Assembly (NCBI GenBank): GCA_958009085.1
Contig: OY253680.1
Span: 248,001 to 312,000 of the forward strand
Origin: Protoeuglena noctilucae
Taxonomy: Eukaryota
Length of the DNA: 64,000 bases
Direction: 5' to 3'
Shown here: piece after piece, positions 38,401-51,200 of the stretch
Layout of the letters: every line of letters starts with the position of its first letter
How positions within the stretch are numbered: position 1 is the first letter of the stretch
Notes under the pieces: generated by a model
Database searches by the model: none
Seen by the model: only the letters and a program-made list of their open reading frames with translations
What the model was told of the DNA's origin: nothing
Translations under genes and position numbers: made by a program

Positions 38401-41400
38401 CCCTCACGCACCTGGCCCTCATCCGCGAGGAGTTTGGCGACGGCACGGGCGTCTACGAGGTGACCATCGACGCCATGGTGTCGGCCATGGACATCCACAC
38501 GAGCGTCGACGTGTACGGCCTCATGGCCGCCGCCTTGGGCTTTGTGGGCCGCGCCATCCTCGTCTTCCAGATCGCCCTTGCCTGGGAGTACGACGTGAAC
38601 CCCTGGAGGACCATCCGCGTTGAGGGGGACCTCCACGCGCTCTCCGAGGTCTCCCACCACCTCTGGTGGCTCCCGATCGCCGTGGTGTGCATCGTGGCGT
38701 GGAGCTCCCTCATGCTCTACCAGCGCATCACGTTCGGCGAGATCGACACCGTGGGGTACCTCGCCATCATCCTCGCCGGCCTCATGCCCTACCTCTTCCC
38801 CGCCATGCCCGACTGGCTCTTCGTCATCTGGGCCTTCGTCGTGGCCTGGGCGTGCGTTGGGGCGCTGGGGCTGCTCGTCGAGGTGAGACGCGCTGTGACG
38901 AGCAAACGCCGGGCTGGGTGCAGCACGCAGCAGGGCAGGGAGCAGGGCGCGGGCCCGGCTGCGGATTCACCGCAATGGATCGTTTTCTCTCTCTCTCCGG
39001 ACCCGTGTGTATCTCACACCCTCTCCTGGTGGCAGTGGTGCCTTTGCTGACGCTCCAACATGACGCCCCCTCGCCCGCAGGAGTTTGCCGTCCGCGATGC
39101 GGAGGACGCGCCCGCTTCCAAGACCATCCACGCCTTCATCACGGAGCTCAAGGAGAACCAGACGTGGCTCGTGGGCGCCCTGTACGCCCTCCCGGCCCTG
39201 AACATCGTCATGGCCTCGCCCCTGGGGCCCCGTCTGTTCGACTCGCCCCACCCCAAGGAGATCTTCACGGGCGACGGCAGCCCCATCCTCCTCGCCCTCA
39301 TCGCCATCGGCATCCTCTGCTCGGCCGCCATGCTCCTGGTCGTCAACGTGCTGGCACGGTTCTACGACGTCCAGCGCCTGCCCCGCGCGCTGTGCTCCGC
39401 CCTCGCCGCCTCATACCTCGTGGCCATCGCCGTCCGCTGGCGGTTCCCCGACATGGAGCTCTGGGCCGAGGTGCTCTGGTGGATCCCCGGCGGGGCCACC
39501 GTGGGCCTGGGGGCCTTCATCGTGACCGTCCAGTGGTTCGGCGGCCTCTACCAGACCAAGTACGAAGTCGAGATCCACAAGGGCCAGTACATCGAGTACC
39601 TCAGCCACCCCTTCACGCTCCCCTTCCTCCAGGTGAGGTCTTAGGACAAGGGCATGGTATCCCAATCGGAGCCAACAAGACTGCATCTGTGCCTGACACC
39701 CATTGTGGTTCACCAATTTCGATGCTTCCTCCCACCTGCAGTTCCTGGACGGCAAAGACACGAGGGTCCCCGGGCAGCAGGACACCAAGAAGGTCGGCGG
39801 CCTGCGCCCCATCCTGTCCAAGATCGTGGCCCTGTCCCTCGCGGTCGCCTTCCCCGTTTGCATGTGGTACCTGGCCCGCGACTCGTGGCAGGAGACCATC
39901 GAGCTCTTCCAGAAGGAGGGCCTTCAGGACTCGCTCGCCTTCATGGGCCACCTGGGCTGGGTCGGCCGCGTCGGGCAGCGCCTGGTGGCCTTCTTCCTCG
40001 ACCACATGCGCCAGAAGCACTGGACCTGGGTGGCGGTCGGGTGCGCCTCCTTCCTCGCCCACCTCTCCTTCCTCATGCCCGCCCTCGTCAGCGAGTTCGA
40101 CCACCGCTGGCAGCAGTACCTGCTCCTGGGGTGCATCGCCGGCAACAACGCCGCCCTCCTCCTCGCCTTCGCGGGCGAGGCGCCGCTCCGGTGGCTCTCC
40201 GGCCTCATCCTCGTCGCCGTCGCGGCCGCCCACGTCTGGAACACGGCGATGGAAGACCCGGAGGCGGACCTCTTTGCGGGGGTCGTGGAGCACCTCATCT
40301 CCAACGCGGGCCAGGGCTTCCTCACGGCGCTGCAGATCCTCCTCGCCCTCCACATGTTCCTCGGGAGCACCACGGGTGCGTCGCGCGCGCCCGTGCACAC
40401 CGCCGCTGCCGCCCATCTGTGTGAAGTCCCTATGCACATCCACATGCTCACCGCTCCGCTGCCCACCGACCCTGTCACAGCTCCCACACCTCCGCGTGCA
40501 CACCCGCTTCAAGCGCGCCGCTCCTCCCCATCCCTTGTATGATTCCAAACCCCCCAACACTTCACGGTCACCTCACTATCGACCCCCGCAGGCTACGCCT
40601 TCTCGTCGACGGGCCTGCCGCACATCACCCCCGGCGTCCTCATCCTCCTGGTCATCTACTGCTACGCCGTCTCCATCGACCCCGAGGACACCGACGAGGA
40701 CGACAGCCCCGAGCGGTACCAGCGCTCTCGCAAGTACCACGAGCAGCGCCCGGCCTACAGCGTCGCCCTGGGGGTGCTCCTCCTGGTCATCGCCTACTCG
40801 GGCATCCCCGAGGGCTCCACGGCCCTCAAGGTGGCCCTGTGCCTCCTCTGCGCCGCCCTCCCGGCCATGACCATCGTGGGGCAGCTGCGGTTCAAGCTCG
40901 ACGCCTCGGCCATCTTCGGCGGCCTGGGATCCGACGAGGATGACGACCGCACGACCATCATCAGCACCGTGGCGGTCCTCAGCCTGGCCTACGCCGTGCT
41001 GGGCGCCGCGGGCATCCCCGACCGCTACGCCCCCGCCGCCCTCGTGCCCTTCGTCGACGCCACCTGGCACGCCGCCGCCATCGCCGCCGTGGCGCTCTTC
41101 GTCGCCTACGGCGCGGTCATGTTCCGCCAGTCCGGGGGCTCCCTCCAGTCCCTCAAGCGCCTCCGCCAAGCCCACGACGAGAAGAGCAAGTTCGAGGCGG
41201 AGGGCGTGGCCGTGGAGTTCCTGGCCACCGCTGCCCTCCTCCTCGTCGCCCTCGCCACCCGCGACACCGCCACGAGCCCCGAGGTGCTCTGGGTCGTCGC
41301 CTGGTGGGTCCTGGCGGCCGGCACGGTCGGGCTGGGCCTCGTCAGCGTCCTCTCCGCCGCCAGCCACGACCTGCTGAGGCAGGCCGCGCGCCACCCCGAC

Positions 41401-42078
41401 TTCTCCGACAAGGCCGCCCCCGCGCTCATCGCCGGCGCCGCCGCCCTCGCCGCGTCGGATGTCTCCGGCCTCACGGCCCTGGCCGCCCCGTGGCTCGCGG
41501 CCGCCGTCCGGCCCTTCGCGACCGCGGCCGCCTGGCTGGCCCACATGTTCCACAACGCCGTCAACGCCTCCCTCAAGCCCTTCTACACCGCCGCGGTCTT
41601 CGTGGGCCTGCGCCTCCGCACCGCCCTCGACGCCGTGGCCGACTGGGCCCTCCGCGCCGACGCGTGGTCGACGCGCATCACCGACGTCTTCTCCGCCGAG
41701 CACGCCCAGGCCATCGGGGACTTCGTCAGCCGCAACCTCGAGCGCGTGTTTGGGCCCGTCGCGCGCTGGCTCGCTCCCGCCGCCAACGCGGTCCTCGCGA
41801 TGCTCAAGCGGCTCGACTTCGTTACGGCCTGGGCCGCCAGCGTGGGCAAGGCGTTCGCGGGCGCTGGCCAGTGGCTGTACGGCCTCGGGGACTACCTGGG
41901 GCCCCTGGGCATTGTGCTCGCGCCCTTCAAGTGGCTCGTCCAGGCTCTGAGCAAGCTGGCGTCGAGCGTCGGCGGGGCGCTTTCGTCTATTGGGTCCTTC
42001 CACCACCTCGCGCACCACGCCAACGAATACATGGAGGTCATCTTGCACAGCGCGATGCACCTCGTGTTCCGGGAGTGA
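35415..42078 (+). CDS. Orphan giant polytopic membrane protein (~1800 aa, ~10 exons, dozens of hydrophobic segments)
   Basis: Approx. exons 35415-35522, 35663-35857, 35969-36047, 36143-36240, 36326-36959, 37108-37649, 37761-38883, 39081-39633, 39742-40375, 40592-42078. Very strong C/G third-position bias and near-continuous hydrophobic helices; no family motif recognised. Confidence 0.8.
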
Positions 42079-42326
42079 CGCGGGTCGCCTGTGGTGGCCG
42101 CAAGGGAACACGCGAAGAGGCGTGCCCGCCTCCCTTGCCTTACATGCTGCAAGAGAGCCATCTCTATGTTTTCCCGCATGCCCAGCCTTGCCTTTGCAAT
42201 GCGCCGCGATGCGCGACCCTTGCGTAGCTGTTGCTGAGGCCCTCTGAGCATTGGATGCGCAGACAGAGCAGCTTACAGACAGCGCTCGTGTTGAAACGCC
42301 CTTTCGGTAATCACCAAAACGCCACG

Positions 42327-44163
42327 CTACGCCCGGGCGATGTCGATGAGGGCGAGCTGAGGCGTCGTGCCCCCCACGGCCGCCTGCGCCCGCCATCGAC
42401 AGCAACGCAGGCAATTGACTTTCTGCCCCAGGGCCACGTGCAGGGACGGCTGCAGCCCCTCCGCTGCAGTCATGGGTTCCCCGTCCCTGCGGGCACGCCG
42501 ACGTGTGTTCGTAAAACAACAGGTGAGGTAAGGCCATCGCGCCGCACTGATAGCGGTAGGACCATCAACAACCATATACGCCACGCCCTGCTTCCCAAGT
42601 CACCTGAACGCCTTCTCCAAATCCCACGCCAGCGCAGTCCCGTCCATCGCCCCAGACAGCAGCAAGGCTCCCAGGGAGGGAGGCCAGAAGTCCACGCTCG
42701 ACACCGGGCCCGTATGCCCTCCCGAAAGTCCTGAGTCAGCATTGCCTCGCCCCAGCAACGCCAGGAGCGGCCCTGTGCCCGTACCAACATCGCCCTGCCT
42801 TTGAGAACGCAGTGGCGCTCTCCTCGCTGCGCCCTCGGCACCCTTCACGGCCCTCACGCACGCCGCCGTATGCGATGTGGCACCGTCTGGTGCCTGCGCC
42901 GCGCCCGCTGCATCCCGCGCCTTGCAGCCAGTAGCCCCGCACCCGGCCTTCGCGGCCCATCCTCTCAAGTCCGCGACCCTCGCGTGCCTTGCATCCAGTG
43001 CTGTCGGCACACCCCACAGCCAGTTGACGGCTCTCAGGGTTGCACCCCCGCCCCACTCCCCGCCCTCGCCCCCCGCAGCCCTCGCCATGACAGCAGCTAG
43101 CACGTCCGCGCCCAACACCTCCCTGGCCCGCCCACTGTCACCCTCGCTCAGCACCCCCGACTCCTGACGGTCGGTGTCAGGTGTCGACGTGGATCGCGGC
43201 CCTTGGGGACCCGCGCCGCTCGCCTCTTGTGAGCTCGAACTCGGCTCCCGCGACCCCCGTGGCTGCCACATGGCATCCGCGTCGTACAAACCCACGACGC
43301 CGTCGCCCCGAGCGGCCGCCACAAGCCTCGCGAAGGGCCGTGGGGTGTCGTCTGGCAAGGTGGCAATGCCGTGGACCAGCGGAGGGTTGAAGACGCGGCC
43401 AGCGTCCCCATCAGGGCCATCTCCGCCGCCTTGCCCAACGTTGTGCAGCACCTGCATGCATAGCGGCTCATATGACCCTATCACGCGCCGCGCAACACCA
43501 CCCTAGCTGCTAGCACGCCCCTGAGCCTAGCATGACGGTCCTCACCTTAGCCTTACCAGTGCTGGCGTCCCAGCAGCCCAGGAAGCAGTCCAGCCCACCA
43601 GAGAGGAGGCACCACGGCCGATGAGGGGCAAAGGCCACTGCGCTGGCGATGTTGGCGTGCCCTGGACGCACCCGCCGCTCCAAGTCCCACCCAGAGGACC
43701 CCTGCCGCTCCTTCACGATCGAAATGACCCCGTCGTCGTCTGCTATAGCTGCTAGCGATCCGTTCGCGTGAACAGCGACGGCGTTGATCTCAGCGTCCCC
43801 TCCTGGCGGTGGACCTCGGCCCCACTCGCCGCAGCGATACACTTCGCGCACGCAGCTGTGCGCGCCGCCGTCGCTCGACATGCGGCCGTCGATCTCGATG
43901 AGACTCGAGCCACTTCCGGCCAGGAAGAGGTGCGGGTGGCGGGGCCCTCGCGCTGCCACGCACCCCACCGGGCCCCACTCGCAGGACCAGCCGCTGCAGG
44001 CGCCGCGCTCGCTCCTTGCGTCGAGCACGCGTACCCAGCCGTCTTCAGAGCCAGTCAGGAAACAACCCTCGCTGCTGTGCTCGATGCAAGCCAGGACGGC
44101 GTCCGTGTTGCCCTGCAAGCGGCCCGGGGAGAAGGATGAACGCTTGATGTCGCTTGCCGCCAT
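42327..44163 (-). CDS. WD40-repeat protein, WDR53-like
   Basis: LTGSEDGWVRVLD; AEINAVAVHANGSLAAIADDDG; GHANIASAVAFAPHRPWCLLSGGLD; RVFNPPLVH; VAAARGDG; GHTGPVSSVDF; QKVNCL. Confidence 0.8.
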
Positions 44164-44520
44164 ACGTGTGATGATAGAGAGCGCATGGGACGGCTCGCTG
44201 CATCGCCTGTCGAGACGCACCGGCACAAGTCGGACCGCCATTGCCTTTACTCGAGGGTTGCGGTCGCGGAGACGGAGGGGGGTTCCCTCGCGGTTGCCCT
44301 GACGCATAAGCTTTCATATGTGGCAGGCGCTGTCACTGTGGCACATCAAGTCCTTGTCCACCCGGTGAGTTGACCCTGCCAGAGTTTCCTTCTGTCAAAC
44401 CTGCCGCCCAGCGTCGCCTAGCTCCCTTTTTCTCGAGACTCCCCGTGACCCGGCCCTTATTTGATACTACTGGTCAACAAATCGGCTCCTCGTTGGCGCC
44501 ACAGGTCCAGGCGTCGCGGG

Positions 44521-47500
44521 ATGTCGGCCATCGCGGCGTGCGCCGCTCTTGCGGTCCCGAGCCGCACCTGCGTGCCGCGGGCGACGTGCTCCGCCGCGAA
44601 TCGCGTTCTTCGGTCGCCCTCTCGGACCCAGCTGGCTCCAGTTTCGGTGACGGCGGCGCCGACGTCGCACAGGAGGGCGCCCCGGACGACGGTGGCGGCC
44701 ACGGCGGATTCCGCGCCGCCTGAGGGCTATGTCTTCGAGGTGGGTCGCGCAGGTGGTGGCCAGGTAGAAGAATAAAACCATGTTGGCCTCGAGAAAGTGC
44801 GAGTGCGCCCATGCGCCACGCTAAGGCCAAGGGCGCAGTGCACCGGTGCTTTATCCATGTTTCGCTTCGTTCGCTGCTGCGTTTCCAGCCATTTGCCGGC
44901 GATTGATTATAGTCAACACGTTTTTGTTGTCCACACAATCCACAGCGCGACTCGCGCGCGGGCGGTGCACGGCGGCTGAATTGTCAAAGCCATCCCCACA
45001 CCGCCCTGCCCTCCGGTCGCGCACCTCAATGCCGGTCCCCGCAAGCAGCACTAAATCTGTGACATGTTTCGCAGGAGTCGGCTGAGGGCGCGGGCCTGCG
45101 CCTGAAGGTCACCGTCCCAGCCTCCGAGTGCCGCCGGGCGTACGACAAGACGCTGAACGTTATCCGGAAGAACGCGACGATTGAGGGCTTCAGGAAGGGC
45201 TCCAACATTCCGGAGGCCATCCTCTTTGAGCACATGGGGGGCGGCAAGGGCCAGTGAGTCTTGCGTGCTTGCGTAGTCGACCCAAACCCTGCGCGCAGCC
45301 ATTTCCGAGCAGCGGCGCCTCCGTTCTCGCAGGGCGGCGGGCAAGACCGAGGTCTACAGTTACGCCGCGGAGGAGGCGTTGAAGCGCGCGATGCGCTTCG
45401 CGATGCAGCAGGTCGCGGAGAGGGCTCTGGACAACAGCGAGCGAATCATCACGCCGCCAACCATCATTCGAGACAGCTACGCCCCCGACCAGGACCTCAC
45501 CTTTGAGGTGTGACTCACTGGGCAACAGTCTCAGACCCGCTGACATCTGACACGCCCTGCAACGCGCGTGGCACTGGATCTGCTGGCTGAATACGTGCCT
45601 CACCGTTACTGCGCCCTCAACCGAGGGTAACACCCTCATTCCCCACCTTTCACCCGCGCTCCCAGGTCACCGTGGACCTCCCCCCGTCCCTCTCCTGGAC
45701 CCGTGACTACCACGAGCTGAGCGTTAAAGCGACGCTGCCCCACGACCCGCAGCGGGCCCAAGAGCTGGCGGACAGGCAGCTGCGCGTGGTGCAAAAGTCC
45801 TTCTCGCGCCTCAACGTCGTCGCCGACCGGGGCATTGAGCAGGGAGACGTGGTGGTTCTGGACCTTGACTGCCTGAGGGATGATTCGGACAGCGGTGAGG
45901 GCGAGGCTGAGGTGGTGGAGGAGGCCTCACGCAAGCGCTGGCGGCTGGACATGGAGGACGCCGAGGCCTTCTTGCCGGAGGTCGTCGAGGGGATCAAGGG
46001 CATGAAGCCGGGGTGAGTTTGCAGGGTGGTGGAGGGGCTTGCGGAGTTGCGGTGTGGGTGAAGGTGTGCGCGCGGCACGCGCATGAGGCATCGGGAGCAC
46101 CCCATTCCCTGATACATCATACATGACATGATATGTCTTATATTTGTGATACCCCAACTCCCTCTCTGTCCCTCAGTGACCTGCGGGAGTTCCCCGTGAC
46201 CTTCCCTGAGAACTGGCAGGTGCGGTCCCTGGCGGGGCAGCGCGTGACGTGCCGCATCACGGTGCACGAGGTCTTCAAGTGGGCCCTGGAGGAGCTGACG
46301 GACGAGATGGCGCCGCAGATTGTCGAGGGGTGCACCACGGTGGAGGAGGTCAAGTGAGGGGGCGGCCATGGGGAGGCTGACACACGTCACCCGCACGACG
46401 CAAGTCACACCCTTCCGCTCGACACCCCCGCATGCCTTGTTGCTGCATCCATTGTCAACGATTCATGATTGCTAGGTCACCACCGCTTGCCTCCCCACGT
46501 CAGCGATGCAGGAGCATCAGATGGCCTCTCTGCCCCATTCCCACTTACACCCCTCATACGCACCTACACCCCTCACGCTGCAGGTCCGCGATCCTGGAGC
46601 GCCAGAAGGAGGAGATGGAGGAAATGAACCGCCGCGCCGTGCACCAGGCGATCTTGGACGCGCTGGCCTCGAGCGTGAAGGTCGAGATCCCTCGGTCGGT
46701 GCTGGAGGAGCACGCCAAGGGAGAGTACCAGAGCAAGTTGCTGGACCTGCAGGTGAGGGGTGGGAGTGGATGAGGAGTACCAGAGCAAGCTGCTGGACCT
46801 GCAGGTGAGGGGTGGGAGTGAGGTAGGTGTGGGAGGGGCTGGTGCGAGGGGTGGGTGTAGGGACTTCCAGAGCAAGTTGCTGGACCTGCAGGTAAGGGGC
46901 GGGTGTAGAGGGTGGGAACGGAAGATTGCCGGAGAAGCGCGCATGCGGTCGTGCGTTCTGTGCCCTGCGCCCCTCCGTTTGCAAACGCCGCCTGGTCCCT
47001 CTTGTGCTGCCTTCTGATTTATAGAGTCTCTTCTCGCGTTGCAGATGCGGGGCGTGCTGCCCCCCGACCAGATGCGCCGGCTGACGACGCCCGAGATGCT
47101 GGCCGGCTTCATCAAGGCGCAGCGGAAGAACCTCGAGGACCAGATCCGGGCCAGCATGGCGCTCGAGAGCATCTTTGAGAAGGAGGGGCTCCAGGTCACC
47201 GAGGTGAGGGTTATCTTTCTTAATGTCTCCTAGCAACTGTCTGTTTGCATGGGTAGACCCAGGTCACCCAGGTGAGGCAGGGTTTCTGGTCGTAGCACGA
47301 GGTGGTACCTCAGCTACCCTCGTCACCCAGTCCCACTCCCCTCTCATACCACCCACTCTCACCCTGTCACCCCTCTCGTGCTCCCCATGCCGCCCACTCT
47401 ACCCCCCACCTCCCACCCACTCTACCCCCCCACTCCCACCCACTCTCACCCCCATCCCCCATGCCACCCACTCTCACCCACCCACTCTCACCCCACCCCT

Positions 47501-47743
47501 CTCCCCCAGGACGAGATCGAGGCCGAGCTGGCCCAGGCGTCCCAGGACTTTGAGGAAGCCAAGGCCGACTACGACGCCGAGAAGCTCAAGGCGCAGGCAG
47601 GCGAGTACCTGAGGAACGCCAAGGCCATTCAGTGGCTGGAGGACAACGTCAGCATCCAAGTGATGGGGGCGGGGGCGGCGGTTGGTGACATCCAAGCGAA
47701 GGAGGCGGCGTCAGGTGACGTCGAAGTGAAGGAGGCGGAGTGA
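44521..47743 (+). CDS. TIG: Plastid trigger factor (ribosome-associated chaperone, FKBP-type) with transit peptide
   Basis: Ala/Ser/Arg-rich N-terminus; signature IEGFRKGSNIP; FKBP-like GDVVVLDLD...GIKGMKPGDLREFPVTFPENW...ITVHEV...ELTDEMA; C-domain VEIPRSVLEE and IFEKEGLQVTEDEIEAE. Confidence 0.93.
46723..46906 (+). repeat. Three copies of a TIG exon end plus 5' splice site
   Basis: CCAGAGCAAG(T/C)TGCTGGACCTGCAG|GT(G/A)AGGGG at ~46728-46760, ~46780-46812 and ~46866-46899. Confidence 0.92.
47340..47505 (+). repeat. C-rich intronic minisatellite (CCCACTCT(C)ACCC-like units)
   Basis: About six degenerate units in the last TIG intron. Confidence 0.75.
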
Positions 47744-48234
47744 GGACCGAGGGCAGCTGGGGTAGCTGGGACGTGCTGGAAAGCAGGGGCTGCATGGCAG
47801 GCGCTGGATGGCAGGGAGGTAGGACAGCAGGGATGAAGGACACCGGGGCGCGATGCGTGGCACGGAGATGGGCAGCGCAGAGTGACACGTGTTGCAAACA
47901 CCACTTGCATGCGGCGAGGCTTGGCTGTTGCATTGCTAATGCGGCGAGTACCATGAGAACCGGCGGCTTTTTAATTTGCTGGATTGCCTAGGGTTGCGAT
48001 CACGCTACAATCATCGGTGCTGCCAAGCAGGCTGCCAGCCGTATGCTACTTCAGTTGCAGGGTCAGTGGAATACCATTTCAGAGCTACATGTGATGGGTC
48101 AGGACGATGTTACTCTGTGCGTTACAAGACGAGCAGCCACTATGCAGTCACTATGCAGCCAATGCACCGCTCTTGTCGCAGCCTCTCGCGTCCGGGTTCG
48201 GGTCATTGCAAAGAGTCCCACTCGCAGGCGCTGA

Positions 48235-51200
48235 TTATAGCCATCGCATAAAGTCGCACTCACGGGGCCTAGCCGTGGCCATCGCAGAGAGCCCCACTCG
48301 CTGGGCCTCAGTCATGGCACGTTTTCGAGCGCGGCGCCCCTCGCCCGCCCCCTGCGTCCCACTCCCCGCTCTCCTCGGTCCCGCTGCTGTCCCACTCCCC
48401 GATGCCTGACGCGTCCCCGCTGTCACCCGTGCGGCTACACTCCCGCACCCCACCACGTGAGGTGTCTGCCCTGGCCAGCAGCGTAAAGGCGCGGCTCAGG
48501 GCGCCACCACCACCACTGCCCGGGTTAACAGGTCCCTCGGGCACCTGCCGGAAACTGTCCACCTGTTGCACACCGTGTCCCACCTGCTGCTTGTGGCCTC
48601 CGTCGTTAACCCCCCCGCCATCGCCCGGCTTGGTCGCATCGGCACTGCCACTCGCCTCTGCGGCCCTTCCTGCCCCGGTCCCCTCGCGGGCAGACTCTGT
48701 GGGGCCGGGTCGCTCGGGAGCCTTGCGCTTGCGGCTGGCTTTCGTCTGCACAGGCCGAGACATGGGAGCGCCAGTGAAGGAGCCAGTGAGGCAGTCACAG
48801 CACCCTTAACCGCAACCAGCCATCATTCAGCGTGAGTCACTACCAACAACCATCGCCATTCGTCAGCCGCAGTCAACCATCACCTGGCGTGGTTCGGCCG
48901 CAGGGGCTGCTGAACCGACAGCGCGGGAGCTGCCCCGCACGATGCCGAACCCCTCTGGCAGGGACCCAGTCGCTTGAAACGTCGCTGCAGCCTCTCCCAG
49001 GTAATTCGTCACAGGGAAGTTGGTGACTGCGAAAGGGCCTCGGTAGACCATGGCCGCGCGGTCGTAGGCGTGAGCAGCGGCCTCCTGCGCAGACGAGGGT
49101 GGCCGTCTAATGTGGGACGCAGCAGGTGGCAGAAGCGATGCGGCGTGGTATGAATGGAAAAACACAGCCAACTTCCCTCAACCATGCCAGCGGCAGAGCG
49201 GGTTAACAAGCGCGGAGACGCCTGCTTAGCATGACCGCGGTCCATCAGTGCGTGTCTGCTTGTGCCACCTGCAGCACAGCTGCAGCGCACCTCGGACGCA
49301 AAGAAGCCGAGCTTGGTGGGCCGCCCGTGGTAGATGCGTGCCTCCCAGCCGGCGTCGGGATGCTGGATCACGCCGCGGTACTGAGACAGGGACCAGCCGT
49401 GCGTCTTGCCGCGGAGCAGGGTGATGATCTCGTCGCGCGAGAAGCACTGCAGGGCCTGGAGGCAAGAACGGAGCGCCGGACGCTGTGACTGACATGAGAC
49501 TGAGCCACAAGCAACTGGGCATGACGGCATGGGTCGCAGGTGCGGTGGCCGACGTCCCCAAGTCGATGGTGCTGCGGGCGTGCTGGCGGTCGTGGCCTCA
49601 CCTCCATCTCGATATCATTATCCTCCACGGGGTGGTTGAGCACCGCGCTCTTGCCCCACCAAACTGCAGCGCGGGGCGGGTCGTCACAGCTTTGGCCCAA
49701 GCACCCCCCCAGATAGTCACGGAATGGGGTCAGATGATCATAAAGGTGCAACATGCTACACAACAGCACTAAATTGTTGCATGTGACAGGTTCAACACCA
49801 ATGTCGCTCCCCATCTAGTTGTCCCTCAGCTCACCGATGCTGGCGCGGTCGTATGCCTTGCTGGCATTGAACTCCGAGTCATAGCCTCCCAGGTAAATCT
49901 GCCGGCCCCTGCTGCGGCCCGTCTTGCTGCCCTTGCGGACGGCCGCTGAGTCCCTGCGGTCACCAGACACAGTGCTGGGGTGTTGCACCCGTGGTACGTG
50001 CTTGCTACTAGCCCATGCCAAAACCACCTCGGCTGCATGCATTTGCTGCCTCACCACAGGTGTGCCTCCCAGCGCCCCGTCCAGCGGTGGCGCGTCACGC
50101 CGCGGAAGACACTCGATCCGACCTTCTGCATGCATTGAACGCACATGCACCTTTGACGGTGAGCCCCTGGGGCGCGGTAGGCACGCCTGACCCACACCTC
50201 GCATGCAACTGATACGATGCAATGGAGCACAGTTTGCTCACGCCTCGGCCCATCACCTGGGCCCGCGGCTTGCTCCGCTCCCCCACCGTGTGCGGGTCGT
50301 GTGCCCCAGCCACCTCCGCACTCCCTCGCGCAGGCTTCCTGGCCAACCCCTCGGGAGAGCCCTCGCCGTCGTTCCCCGATCCCTCCACTCCGTCACCCTC
50401 GGTCATTTCTGCAAAGTACCCCATTCTCGCAGCTGCCTTGGCCGTGAGCCGCCGCGACTGCCGCGTGCCCGCCGGCTCCCGCGCCTGCCCCGCCGCCGCG
50501 GCCGAGTCCGGGGACTTCGCGAACACGCCTCCGGCCTCGAGCGCGTGCTTGGAGGTTGGGGAGAGCGAGGGTGTGATGGGCTCGCCTGTGGCGGCCAAGG
50601 AGGGGCTGCCACGCCGGGGCTGCTGGAAGAGCGGCCTCGGGGCGGCCCCCAGCGATCCGTAATCCACGAAGTAGCCTCCCACGGGTATGCCCCTGGACAG
50701 GTCATACCCCTGTGGAACGCCGTAGCCCCAGGCGGGTATGCCATGCCCGGCGCAGGGTGCGGTGTTGTAGGGGCCCGTGACGTAGTGCCTATGGGCTGCG
50801 GCGGTGGCGGGCTGAGGCACAGACCTCTCCTCCGTCATCTCCCGGAACGATGGCTCCCTGTTGGCCGAGCGCGTGATCCCTGCAGGCGTGATGAGGGGTG
50901 GAGAGTGAGACGGTGCAGGCCCAGGGGTAGCCACGGTTTTCATAGTTACCACGATCAGTGCATGTCTCTACATCCGCCGCAAAAACACGTAGGGCCTGCC
51001 TAAGGGAGGCGATGGTGACTGACGCCAGGTGCTCATGTCAGCGCCCTCTGCCAGACTGGACCCGGTGCTGAGCGTCACCTGACTCGGCGGCTTCCGCGAA
51101 GTTGATGGTCCGCCGCACCCGGAGGCCCATGCCCATGCCCAGGTGTCCCAGGAAAGGCTCCTCCTCTCCCACGCCCGGCACGATGGGCGAAAGTGTCGCG

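Noticed and set aside
35415..42078. Piezo channel as identity of the giant TM protein
   Set aside because: No PF(L/x)xE anchor motif or large C-terminal extracellular cap was seen; a remote relationship cannot be excluded without a profile search.
46723..46906. CRISPR-like spaced repeats
   Set aside because: Eukaryotic intron, irregular spacing, repeats are copies of coding sequence, and no cas genes are present.
44521..47743. Bacterial contamination or recent horizontal transfer of trigger factor
   Set aside because: It has spliceosomal introns and a transit peptide, as expected for the endosymbiont-derived plastid TIG.
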